From positions 15,614 to 79,613 of the forward strand of contig CAKQKQ010000001.1 of assembly GCA_934249265.1 (NCBI GenBank): DNA of 64,000 nt. The letters run 5' to 3'. Under the pieces are notes generated by a model. That model saw nothing but the letters and a program-made list of their open reading frames with translations. It was not told where the DNA came from and searched no databases. The DNA is from an uncultured Clostridia bacterium (lineage in GTDB: Bacteria; Bacillota; Clostridia; Christensenellales; Borkfalkiaceae). Position numbers and translations under genes: made by a program. This document shows positions 1-7,944 of this stretch, piece after piece; the first letter of the stretch is position 1, and each line of letters begins with the position of its first letter.

Positions 1-704
1 GATACGAAGGTTGGCAGTCTCAACCGTCGGGCAACACCGTGCAACAAACGGTGGAAAAGGCTGTTTTTGCGTTGACGGGAGAAGAGGTCGATTTAGTCGC
101 AAGCGGCAGAACGGACGCGGGCGTGCATGCCGAAGGGCAAAAGGCGAATTTCGACACAAACACGACGATCCCCGCTGAAAAATTTTATAAGGCGTTAAAC
201 CCGTTGCTCCCCGACGACATAAAAATCATTTCTTCGCAAAAAGTAGCCGACGATTTTCACGCAAGGTACGGGGCAAAACGCAAAACTTACGTTTACTCTG
301 TGTACGTTTCCGACGTGGAAAGACCGCTTAAAGAAGATTTTGCCGTGAGAATAGACAAGTATTTAGACGAGCAAAAAATGCAAGCGGCGATGACCGAATT
401 TGTCGGCTCGCACGATTTCAAATGTTGTCTTTCAAGCGGTTCGCAAGTAAAAAACACTCAAAGGGAAATTTATTACTTTAATTTGATAAAAACCGCCGAC
501 GGCTATAAATTCGAGGTTTGCGGCAACGGTTTTTTGTATAATATGGTGCGCATAATGGTCGGCACGGTTATTAAGGCGGGCGAAGGTAAAATTACCGCCG
601 CGGATATTAAAAACGCTTTATTAAGCGGAGACCGCAACGCGCTCGGTAAAACCATGCCGGCAAAAGGTTTATGTCTTAAAAGCGTTGAATATTTCGATAT
701 ATAA
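1..704 (+). CDS. truA: tRNA pseudouridine synthase A, 5'-truncated at window edge
   Basis: Frame is open from nt 3 (YEGWQSQPSGNTVQQ...). GRTDAGVHA catalytic motif and FLYNMVR motif are present. The track start at 39 is an internal GTG. Confidence 0.9.
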   Translation, partial: YEGWQSQPSGNTVQQTVEKAVFALTGEEVDLVASGRTDAGVHAEGQKANFDTNTTIPAEKFYKALNPLLPDDIKIISSQKVADDFHARYGAKRKTYVYSVYVSDVERPLKEDFAVRIDKYLDEQKMQAAMTEFVGSHDFKCCLSSGSQVKNTQREIYYFNLIKTADGYKFEVCGNGFLYNMVRIMVGTVIKAGEGKITAADIKNALLSGDRNALGKTMPAKGLCLKSVEYFDI

Positions 705-1032
705 CAAGCGAGTTTTAAATGGCGGTTGTTATAAATGCTTGTTATTAAATTGACGCTCGAAATTTACAAACCACGCAAAAAAAACAAATTGCACGCAAAT
801 CAATACTTGTCCGCAACTTGTCAATAAAACAGCAAAACAAACGACATTAATATTTACACAACATATATAATGATAAGCGATTTAAAACAGCGGTTTATAA
901 ACGGAGTTTAATATCGGCGATATAAAAACGGCTATTTTAGACTAAAAAAATCAAAAAATCGCTCAAAAGACTACAATATATGGTGTTTTTCAAATAAAAT
1001 TCGACTAAAATTGAGAAAACACATAAAAACAC

Positions 1033-1061
1033 TTGACAAAAAACGCATATTTTTATAAAAT
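1033..1061 (+). promoter_or_regulatory. sigma-70-type promoter ahead of rplM-rpsI
   Basis: TTGACA (1033-1038), 17-nt spacer, TAAAAT (1056-1061). About 100 nt of leader precede the rplM RBS. Confidence 0.5.
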
Positions 1062-1162
1062 ATTCAAGCGATTATAAGGAAGAGTTTGCAAAAGGATTAG
1101 CCCCCCGTATGTCAAATTTTTTCTTCATATATAACGATGATTTATAAAAGGAGAAAGATAAC

Positions 1163-1597
1163 ATGAAGACTTTCATGGCAAACGCGCAAAACGTTGAAAG
1201 AAAGTGGTACGTTGTCGACGCAACGGGTATGCCTTTAGGTAGACTTGCGTCTCAAGTTGCTTCTATTTTAAGAGGCAAAAACAAACCCACCTTCACACCT
1301 CACGTAGATACGGGAGATTTCGTAATTATAGTAAATTCGGACAAGGCGGTATTAACCGGTAACAAACTCGACAAAAAGATGTACACTTATCACACCGGAT
1401 ATATCGGTCACCTTAAAAGTTATCCTTACAGACAAATGATGGAGCAAAAATCCGACCTTATGGTTTATGAAGCCGTAAAGGGTATGTTGCCGAAGGGTAG
1501 TTTGGGTAGACAAATGCTTAAAAAACTCAGAGTATACAAGGGTGCGGAACACAACCATGCCGCTCAAAAGCCCGAAGAACTCAAACTTGGCAGATAA
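1163..1597 (+). CDS. rplM: 50S ribosomal protein L13
   Basis: RBS AAAGGAGA. N-terminus [17 protein letters not shown] and GDFVIIVN are typical L13. Confidence 0.97.
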   Translation: MKTFMANAQNVERKWYVVDATGMPLGRLASQVASILRGKNKPTFTPHVDTGDFVIIVNSDKAVLTGNKLDKKMYTYHTGYIGHLKSYPYRQMMEQKSDLMVYEAVKGMLPKGSLGRQMLKKLRVYKGAEHNHAAQKPEELKLGR

Positions 1598-1613
1598 GGA
1601 GGACTGAATCGAT

Positions 1614-2018
1614 ATGGCAACTAAAAAGAAAGTTCAATATTGGGGAACAGGTAGAAGAAAGAAAGCCGTTGCAAGAGTAAGACTTATTCCCGGCGGAACG
1701 GGTGCAATCGTCATCAACGGCAGAGATATCGACAACTATTGCGATTTAGAGACGGTTAAACTTGTTATTCGTCAACCCCTCGCACTTACGGGTACTGAAA
1801 GCAAGTATGACGTTTACGTAAACGTAGTAGGCGGCGGATTTACAGGTCAAGCCGGCGCAATCAGACACGGAATCGCTCGCGCACTTATCGTTGCAGAGCC
1901 CGAACTTCGCGCTGCTTTAAAGAAAGAAGGATACCTCACGAGAGATCCGAGAATGAAGGAAAGAAAGAAGTACGGTTTGAAAAAAGCAAGAAGAGCACCG
2001 CAATTCTCCAAGAGATAA
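1614..2018 (+). CDS. rpsI: 30S ribosomal protein S9
   Basis: [43 protein letters not shown] and C-terminal PQFSKR. Confidence 0.97.
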   Translation: MATKKKVQYWGTGRRKKAVARVRLIPGGTGAIVINGRDIDNYCDLETVKLVIRQPLALTGTESKYDVYVNVVGGGFTGQAGAIRHGIARALIVAEPELRAALKKEGYLTRDPRMKERKKYGLKKARRAPQFSKR

Positions 2019-2086
2019 TTACTTTTGGGAAAACGTGCCTTTACGTTTTCAATTCTTCCAAAAATACTACGGCAATTTGCCACAAA

Positions 2087-2159
2087 AGCGGAATTTTTAC
2101 AATTCCGCTTTTAATTTTATAAAAAAGAGACAGCGAAAATTTTTCGCTGTCCTTTTTTT
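2087..2159 (+). terminator. two tandem rho-independent terminators after rpsI
   Basis: Hairpin AGCGGAATT/AATTCCGCT (2087-2109) plus T-run. Second hairpin ACAGCGAA/TCGCTGT (2130-2150) followed by CCTTTTTTT. Confidence 0.6.
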
Positions 2160-2424
2160 GCTACTTTTACAAATACTATTGCTGTCCTTTTTAGGTTGCT
2201 TTTATGAAAAGTTATTAGTTTTGCTGTTTTTTAAATTTTATTGCTGCCGCTTTTAAGCGTCATTGTAAAGGCGGTGATATTTCTTTTGCTGTCGGCGTTG
2301 TAAAATTTTTTCACCATCACTTTAACGAGGTAAAAATAGTCTTTCTTTTGTTCTTCAATAAATGACTTTTGTTTGTTTTAATAAGTGTTTTTTGTAAAAA
2401 GGCTTTAGTTTTGCGTAAAGTTAA

Positions 2425-2451
2425 ATAAAAAAGCCCGCTTTTTAGCGGGCG
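2425..2451 (-). terminator. terminator of the small HTH gene
   Basis: GCCCGC/GCGGGC stem (2433-2450). On the minus strand it is followed by a T6 run (A6 on plus, 2427-2432). Confidence 0.6.
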
Positions 2452-2480
2452 TAAATGCGTAAGCGCATAAATGTGTAAAA

Positions 2481-2780
2481 TTATTTATCGTCGTTTTCGT
2501 TGCCTTTATAAAGCATCATTTGCAATGTCTTTCTCATTCTTAATGAAAGTTCTTTTCTCATTCTATATGCCGTTGCGCGGCTCACGTGAATAATTTTTGC
2601 AACCGCGGACGCTTTCATTCCTTGAATAAAAAACAAATCGACGTTGTTTTTTTCTTCCGGAGAAAGAGGAGTGTTGTTTTTAAATTCTTCAATTTCGTCC
2701 ACAAGGAAGTCTTTAAAAGTCAACGAATCCAATTCTTCTTTACTCATTTTAGCAAAATATTTTTGTCTTTCCGGTGTCAT
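2481..2780 (-). CDS. small HTH protein resembling sigma-70 region 4 (99 aa)
   Basis: ATG at 2780 is preceded by GAGAGG 6 nt upstream; the longer track ORF starts at a TTG with no RBS. LSPEEKNNVDLFFIQGMKASAVAKIIHVSRATAYRMRKEL reads like a region-4 helix-turn-helix. Confidence 0.6.
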   Translation of the reverse strand: MTPERQKYFAKMSKEELDSLTFKDFLVDEIEEFKNNTPLSPEEKNNVDLFFIQGMKASAVAKIIHVSRATAYRMRKELSLRMRKTLQMMLYKGNENDDK

Positions 2781-2905
2781 GATAAGCCTCTCAATAAAAC
2801 TTAAGATATATTTTAGACGGTTTTGCGACAAAAGTCAAATAAAATAAAAGCAGTTTTTAAATTTCGATATACGTTTAAAAACTGCTTTTTAAAAGACTAA
2901 TTCAA

Positions 2906-3469
2906 TTATTTTTGATAAACTTCGGGTTTTAAAACGCCGATTTCGGGTAAATTTCTGTAAATTTCGGCGTAATCGAGACCGTAGCCTACGACAAATTCGT
3001 TGCCGATATCAAAGCCCTTGTAATCGGGAGTCAACTCGACTTCTCTTCTTTCAAATTTATCCAAAAGGGTGCATATTTTAATGGAGTTGGGTTTGCGCGC
3101 GGAAAGTAAACGCATTAAATAAGAAAGGGTATAGCCGCTGTCCACGATGTCTTCGACGATGATAAGGTCCTTACCTTCGATAATTCTGTCAAGGTCTTTA
3201 ATGAGTTTTACTTCGCCAGAGGTTTTCGTGCCGTTGCCGTAACTCGATATGGACATAAAATCCATTTCCACGGGAATGGTCATCGCCCTTACAAGGTCGG
3301 CATAAAACATAATGCTGCCTTTTAAAATGGCAACCATAAGCGGACGTTTACCTTCGTAATCTTTGCTGAGTTGCGCCGCAAGTTGATGAATTCTCGCGTT
3401 CAATTCGTCTTCGGTAATAAGGATTTTTTCAAGGTCTTTGTACTGGATGTTGTTGCGTGTAAATTCCAT
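2906..3469 (-). CDS. hpt: hypoxanthine phosphoribosyltransferase
   Basis: PRPP-binding loop LIIVEDIVDSGYTL. Start MEFTRNN is preceded by AAGGAGA. Classic tilS-hpt gene order. Confidence 0.93.
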   Translation of the reverse strand: MEFTRNNIQYKDLEKILITEDELNARIHQLAAQLSKDYEGKRPLMVAILKGSIMFYADLVRAMTIPVEMDFMSISSYGNGTKTSGEVKLIKDLDRIIEGKDLIIVEDIVDSGYTLSYLMRLLSARKPNSIKICTLLDKFERREVELTPDYKGFDIGNEFVVGYGLDYAEIYRNLPEIGVLKPEVYQK

Positions 3470-3473
3470 GGTT

Positions 3474-4796
3474 TTATTCTCCTTTGTATGCATAAAATTT
3501 TAACACATTTACTGTGTTTTTGTCTACTTTAATTACCTCAGAAATTGAAAAATTTTCAATTAAAAGCACGCTTTTTTCGTGACAAAGCAGCGGAATGAAA
3601 TCTCTTTCCCTTGTCGGCACTTTTTTGTCGATGAAATAATCTTTAAGTTTTTTACTTTTTCCGTTAAACGGGATAAAAACGTCGCCGTCGCGCCTCGTTC
3701 TTATCACGCTGCCTACGGGGATTTTGTCTTCGTCAAAATAAAATATTCCCTTTTTCGCGTCGGAAATCATCGTTTTTTCGCTCGGCATATTTGTTTTTGA
3801 AATAGTAATCGTTTGTCCGCATAAATTGTGCGTGCCTATGCAAAAATCAATTTCGGTTTTGTCCTTTTCGCGGGGAATATAAATCGTAATAAGGTCGTAA
3901 TCTTTTACTGCTTTTACGTTTCCGATTAAGTCAACCGTCGTGCCGTTTTCTGCGCCTATAAGGCTTTTCGCCGTTTGAATTTGGGCGTAAGTAAAGTCCT
4001 TTTTTATCCCCAAATATTTAATCGCGGCAATGACTCTTCTGTCGAAAATCGCGTCGTTTAAAGTCGTTTCAAAAGACACTTCGCTGTCACGATAACGCAT
4101 ACCGTTTTGCGCAAAACTGTCCAAAAACGCCTCATCGCGCAGTGCAAACGACGCAAATTGAGAAAGGGCTTTCTCGTAAGACGGGAAGATTTTTTTGATA
4201 TCCGGCGATAGAGTATTTCTTATATAATTTCTCGTCAAGTCGAGATTATTGTTGGTGCTGTCGATTACGAAAGGAATATTGTTTTTCTCGACGTAATCAA
4301 TAATTTTTTGTTTGCTCGTATACAAAAGCGGTCGCACGATTTTGCCGTCGTAACAAGACGGACTCATTCCGCCCGCGCCCTTTAAAGAGCACCCCCTAAA
4401 CAAGTTGAAAAGTATGCTTTCGGCGTTGTCCGAAAGGTGATGAGCGGTCGCCACGCAGTCGCAGTTGCCATTATTTAAACAGTCGAAAAAACAGTTATAG
4501 CGCAAAATGCGCGCCGCCTCTTCCTCGGGCATTTTGTTGTCTTTGGCGTAAGTTTTGCTGTCGACGCTGTAAGAAAAAAGTTTTACCCCCAGTTGCTTGC
4601 AATGCTCCTCGACAAATTTGCTGTCGTCGATAGATTCTTTTCCCCTTAAACCGTGTTCTACGTTTATTGCCACGACGTCTTTAAAAAGCCTTCCTTTTTG
4701 GGCTAAAAGCAAATGCAAAAGGCACATCGAGTCGATTCCGCCCGACAACGCGACGGCAACCGTACAATTGTTTTTAAAAAGCGATAAATTCAACAT
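3474..4796 (-). CDS. tilS: tRNA(Ile)-lysidine synthase
   Basis: PP-loop ALSGGIDSMCLLHLL near the N-terminus; AHHLSDNAE motif. Start chosen at MLNLSLF, just upstream of the PP-loop. Confidence 0.9.
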   Translation of the reverse strand: MLNLSLFKNNCTVAVALSGGIDSMCLLHLLLAQKGRLFKDVVAINVEHGLRGKESIDDSKFVEEHCKQLGVKLFSYSVDSKTYAKDNKMPEEEAARILRYNCFFDCLNNGNCDCVATAHHLSDNAESILFNLFRGCSLKGAGGMSPSCYDGKIVRPLLYTSKQKIIDYVEKNNIPFVIDSTNNNLDLTRNYIRNTLSPDIKKIFPSYEKALSQFASFALRDEAFLDSFAQNGMRYRDSEVSFETTLNDAIFDRRVIAAIKYLGIKKDFTYAQIQTAKSLIGAENGTTVDLIGNVKAVKDYDLITIYIPREKDKTEIDFCIGTHNLCGQTITISKTNMPSEKTMISDAKKGIFYFDEDKIPVGSVIRTRRDGDVFIPFNGKSKKLKDYFIDKKVPTRERDFIPLLCHEKSVLLIENFSISEVIKVDKNTVNVLKFYAYKGE

Positions 4797-5016
4797 ACCG
4801 TCATTATAACAAAACCTAATGATAATTGCAAACGTAAACACCCTAAAAGATTTTTAAACGGCAAATTTTAATTTAGGAAAATTTTGGAAAGCGGGGAAAT
4901 AAAAAGAAAACGGAGAAATAAAAGCAGACGTTGTGTATAAAGCAAAACGGGGAAAATTTTTATTTAAAGTGAAAAAGGGGGCTAAAATGAAGGCGTTATT
5001 TTCATTGTAAAAAACT

Positions 5017-5268
5017 TACGTATTTCCAACCATATTAGAACAATTTTTGCGCCGTCAAGTCGATTTGTACTGCGTTAAACGATATAGTACGCGTTCAGTC
5101 GTTTGCCTTGTCCAAACAAGCCGCAGCCATATGAAAAAAAGACCGACTTGTATGTTTTGCGGTCAACTTTACGGCGTAAAAACACTACGTGCCATAAAAA
5201 TATGCAGAAAACGATAAAACTGTGCCGTATTTGCGGTTTGTTTTACTAAGGTTTGAAATACGTAAAAA
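5017..5268 (+). repeat. copy A of a 250-bp intergenic repeat (partner at 12441-12704)
   Basis: Aligned by eye to 12441-12704 at roughly 85-90 percent identity with a few small indels. Confidence 0.85.
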
Positions 5269-5319
5269 CGCAAAAAATAAAAACAAATAAAAAAAAGTTG
5301 AGAAAGTGTATAAAATTGT

Positions 5320-5348
5320 TTGACAAAAGCGGAAAAATCGTGTATATT
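5320..5348 (+). promoter_or_regulatory. promoter of the tRNA operon
   Basis: TTGACA (5320-5325), 17-nt spacer ending in TG, TATATT (5343-5348). Lies 28 nt upstream of the first tRNA. Confidence 0.7.
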
Positions 5349-5375
5349 AAGTAAGCATCATAAGATGTTTTCCAC

Positions 5376-5453
<78 letters not shown>

Positions 5454-5476
5454 TTATCCTTTTAAGGATGCAATAT

Positions 5477-5553
5477 GGCGGCGTAGCTTAGTTGGTTATA
5501 GCGGCCGGTTCATACCCGGCAGGTCGTTGGTTCGAATCTGACCGCCGCTACCA
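5477..5553 (+). tRNA. tRNA-Met(CAT), elongator type
   Basis: GGCGGCGTAGCT...CGGTTCATACCCG...CGCCGCTACCA. The cloverleaf folds by eye and resembles Firmicutes elongator tRNA-Met rather than tRNA-Ile2. Confidence 0.8.
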
Positions 5554-5607
5554 GATGATAACAACTGCTCTTTTTTTTAAAGCGCATTGCGATATACAAC
5601 TGAATAA

Positions 5608-5682
5608 GGCCCCTTGGTCAAGCGGTTAAGACATCGCCCTTTCACGGCGGTATCATGGGTTCGAATCCCGTAGGGGTCACCA
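5608..5682 (+). tRNA. tRNA-Glu(TTC)
   Basis: GGCCCCTTGGTCAAGCGGTTAAGACA, anticodon loop CTTTCAC, GGTTCGAATCC T-arm, CCA end. Confidence 0.9.
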
Positions 5683-5686
5683 AGGA

Positions 5687-5720
5687 AACAGTCGACACAC
5701 GTGTCGACTGTTTTGTTTTT
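5687..5720 (+). terminator. terminator of the tRNA operon
   Basis: ACAGTCGACAC/GTGTCGACTGT stem followed by TTTTGTTTTT. Confidence 0.85.
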
Positions 5721-5844
5721 ATAAATTTAAGGGATTCGAATATGGAGCAACTCGCTTTGCGAATGTTTTGCAAAGCAAAGAAAAAGCATAGTGTGCTTTT
5801 CAGCAGATAGAGAGCACAAACGGAAATCTTGTAAGGGTATCAAA

Positions 5845-5896
5845 CATAATAAAAGCGAAACCGTTTCCATTAGGAGATGGTTTCGCTTTTATTATG
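5845..5896. other. perfect 18-bp stem-loop
   Basis: CATAATAAAAGCGAAACC (5845-5862) pairs with GGTTTCGCTTTTATTATG (5879-5896) around a 16-nt loop. Confidence 0.7.
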
Positions 5897-5919
5897 TACT
5901 TTATAAAGACTTATTAAAC

Positions 5920-5964
5920 AAAAAACGGCGTGTGAGATAAACTCTCGCACGCCGCTTTTGCTTT
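5920..5964 (-). terminator. bidirectional terminator downstream of the 71-aa gene
   Basis: CGGCGTGTGAG/CTCGCACGCCG stem (one G-U pair), flanked by A6 on the left and CTTTTGCTTT on the right. Confidence 0.65.
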
Positions 5965-6059
5965 GTATCTACATTTTTTTATACGGTATTATCTTTGGAC
6001 AAGCGTGGATAAAATTCGAGCCTATTTGTATTAAGATGAGTATTCCAGTAGTATTAAAA

Positions 6060-6275
6060 TTAAATTTTAATATAATCAAAAATATATTTTAAACAAGTCT
6101 TTCCGACGCAACATTGTGTTCCGTTTTTTATATTCATAAACTTATAGCAATAATCAATAGGTTGACCGCAAACGCAAAAGCCATAAAGTGTTTTACCTAT
6201 ATATTTCACGTCTCGAACAGAGTCTGCTTTTAATGCAGTTAAAAATTTTATAATTGTTTCGTCTTCGCTTTTCAT
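6060..6275 (-). CDS. small cysteine-rich protein, unknown function (71 aa)
   Basis: AGGAGG RBS. Eight Cys arranged CVCG...C...CC...C suggest metal binding. No family recognised. Confidence 0.6.
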   Translation of the reverse strand: MKSEDETIIKFLTALKADSVRDVKYIGKTLYGFCVCGQPIDYCYKFMNIKNGTQCCVGKTCLKYIFDYIKI

Positions 6276-6529
6276 AAGAACCTCCTAAAGTCTTTATTTA
6301 TAAAGTATACTCTTTTTTTAAATTTGTTACCTTAATAAAATAACAAATCGGTTTACTTTTTAATATATCTTATCGATCAACTTAAAAATGAAGTGATTTA
6401 ATGTAAGGCAAAATAATTGGGTTTAATTTGTGCAAAATTTTTTATTGTGAGTAAATACTTTAAATTGCGCGTATATAAAATCGTTAAACGGGAAAAATAT
6501 CTCTGTAATAAAATTAAAGGAGATTTTTT

Positions 6530-7783
6530 ATGAACAAAGTTAATCCGTTTTACGAAAAAAACGCCGTTCCCGTCAACGGGTTTGTGTCGGTTGCCGATTA
6601 CAGCCCCGTTCCGTACAACAAAAACACCGCTTCGCCGTATACTAAAACCAGAATTATTCTTTTAAACGGCGCGGAGTTCGAGGCAAATTGGTTTTTGCAT
6701 CAATTCAGCAGAAACTGCAACAACAACGATTTAAGGCGCGATATCGCCTTGATAAGAAGGCACGAGCAGCACCAACAAAAAATTATTTCGGGCTTAAAAC
6801 CCGTTGACGAAACCGACCTCGAAACCACGATCGGTTACGAACAACTCGCCATCGATTTGACGGCGATACTTGCAAAACACGTAAAGGACGATTACGTCAA
6901 AGACGCCCTTAATTTCGCTTTGCTTGAAGATTTCGACCATTTATACAGATTTGCCAACTTGTTGGAGACCGAACAAGGCATAAACGCCAACGATTTGACG
7001 GGCGGTTACACCGAAATAACCCCCGGTCGACCCACCGTGGCAGAACCCAGACACCCGTATGACGAAATAAACAGACACATTGCCGGTGAAATTGCCGACC
7101 CGTTTACAAAATTGGTCGTATCGATAATCACCGCGGGCGAACAGCAAACGATGAATTATTATATGAACATTGCGGGTTTCCACCCCAGCGAGATAGGTCG
7201 AAAGTTATATTCGGAAATAGCGATGATAGAAGAACAGCACGTTACCGAATACGGAAGTTTGATGGACACGACTTGCTCGTGGCTTGAAAATTGGTTGATG
7301 CACGAATACACCGAGTGTTATTTATATTATTCTTGTTTTGAAGACGAAACGGACGAGTATATAAAAGATTTGTTTTATAAGCATTATTTGCAGGAGTGCG
7401 GGCATTTGCAATACGTCGCAAACTTGCTTTTGAAATACGAGGGCAAACCTTGGCAGTCGGTTTATCCTTGCGGCGGCGATTTCCCCGAATTGTTGCATTT
7501 TGAAAGCAATATCGATTATATCAGAGGCGTGCTTGCAAAAACCATAAACTACACGAGAGCCAACGAAGATTACGCATTATTAAAAGACTTAAAAGATAAC
7601 GCAAATTATTTCAAATATCAAAAACAAAACGTGAAAAAGCCCGAAAGTTTGCCGAGTCATAAAGTGATAGAGCAGCATATCAAAAAATTCGGAACGGATT
7701 ATAGATTCGAGACGAAGAAAAACCCCGTGCCCGAATTGCAAAACAGAAAGTGCGACAACACAAATGTCGCGAGAAAGAAATGA
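6530..7783 (+). CDS. hypothetical protein, possibly ferritin-like diiron-carboxylate fold
   Basis: RBS AAAGGAGA. Helical protein with IEEQH, RRHEQH and LEDFDH motifs reminiscent of E-x-x-H metal ligands. Assignment is tentative. Confidence 0.75.
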   Translation: MNKVNPFYEKNAVPVNGFVSVADYSPVPYNKNTASPYTKTRIILLNGAEFEANWFLHQFSRNCNNNDLRRDIALIRRHEQHQQKIISGLKPVDETDLETTIGYEQLAIDLTAILAKHVKDDYVKDALNFALLEDFDHLYRFANLLETEQGINANDLTGGYTEITPGRPTVAEPRHPYDEINRHIAGEIADPFTKLVVSIITAGEQQTMNYYMNIAGFHPSEIGRKLYSEIAMIEEQHVTEYGSLMDTTCSWLENWLMHEYTECYLYYSCFEDETDEYIKDLFYKHYLQECGHLQYVANLLLKYEGKPWQSVYPCGGDFPELLHFESNIDYIRGVLAKTINYTRANEDYALLKDLKDNANYFKYQKQNVKKPESLPSHKVIEQHIKKFGTDYRFETKKNPVPELQNRKCDNTNVARKK

Positions 7784-7944
7784 CGATTAAAAATTTTATT
7801 TTATAACTTAAAACAATTATATAAACCAATCGATAGAAATTTATAATTTAAAAAAGAAGAGGCACAGCGATAAAAAATATCGCTGTGCCTTGATTTGTTT
7901 TTTATGATAATCGCGCAAAATTCGATTAAACGTTTTTTATACGG

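Noticed and set aside
5477-5553. The second CAT-anticodon tRNA as tRNA-Ile2, the TilS substrate, given that tilS lies 700 nt away
   Set aside because: The acceptor and anticodon stems (GGCGGCG..., CGGTTCATACCCG) match Firmicutes elongator tRNA-Met as I remember it, not tRNA-Ile2. The linkage to tilS is probably coincidental.
5729-5745. GGGATTCGAAT fragment as a duplicated tRNA 3' end marking an integration site
   Set aside because: Only about 10 nt resemble a T-arm, there is no acceptor-stem match to any of the three tRNAs, and no integrase is nearby.
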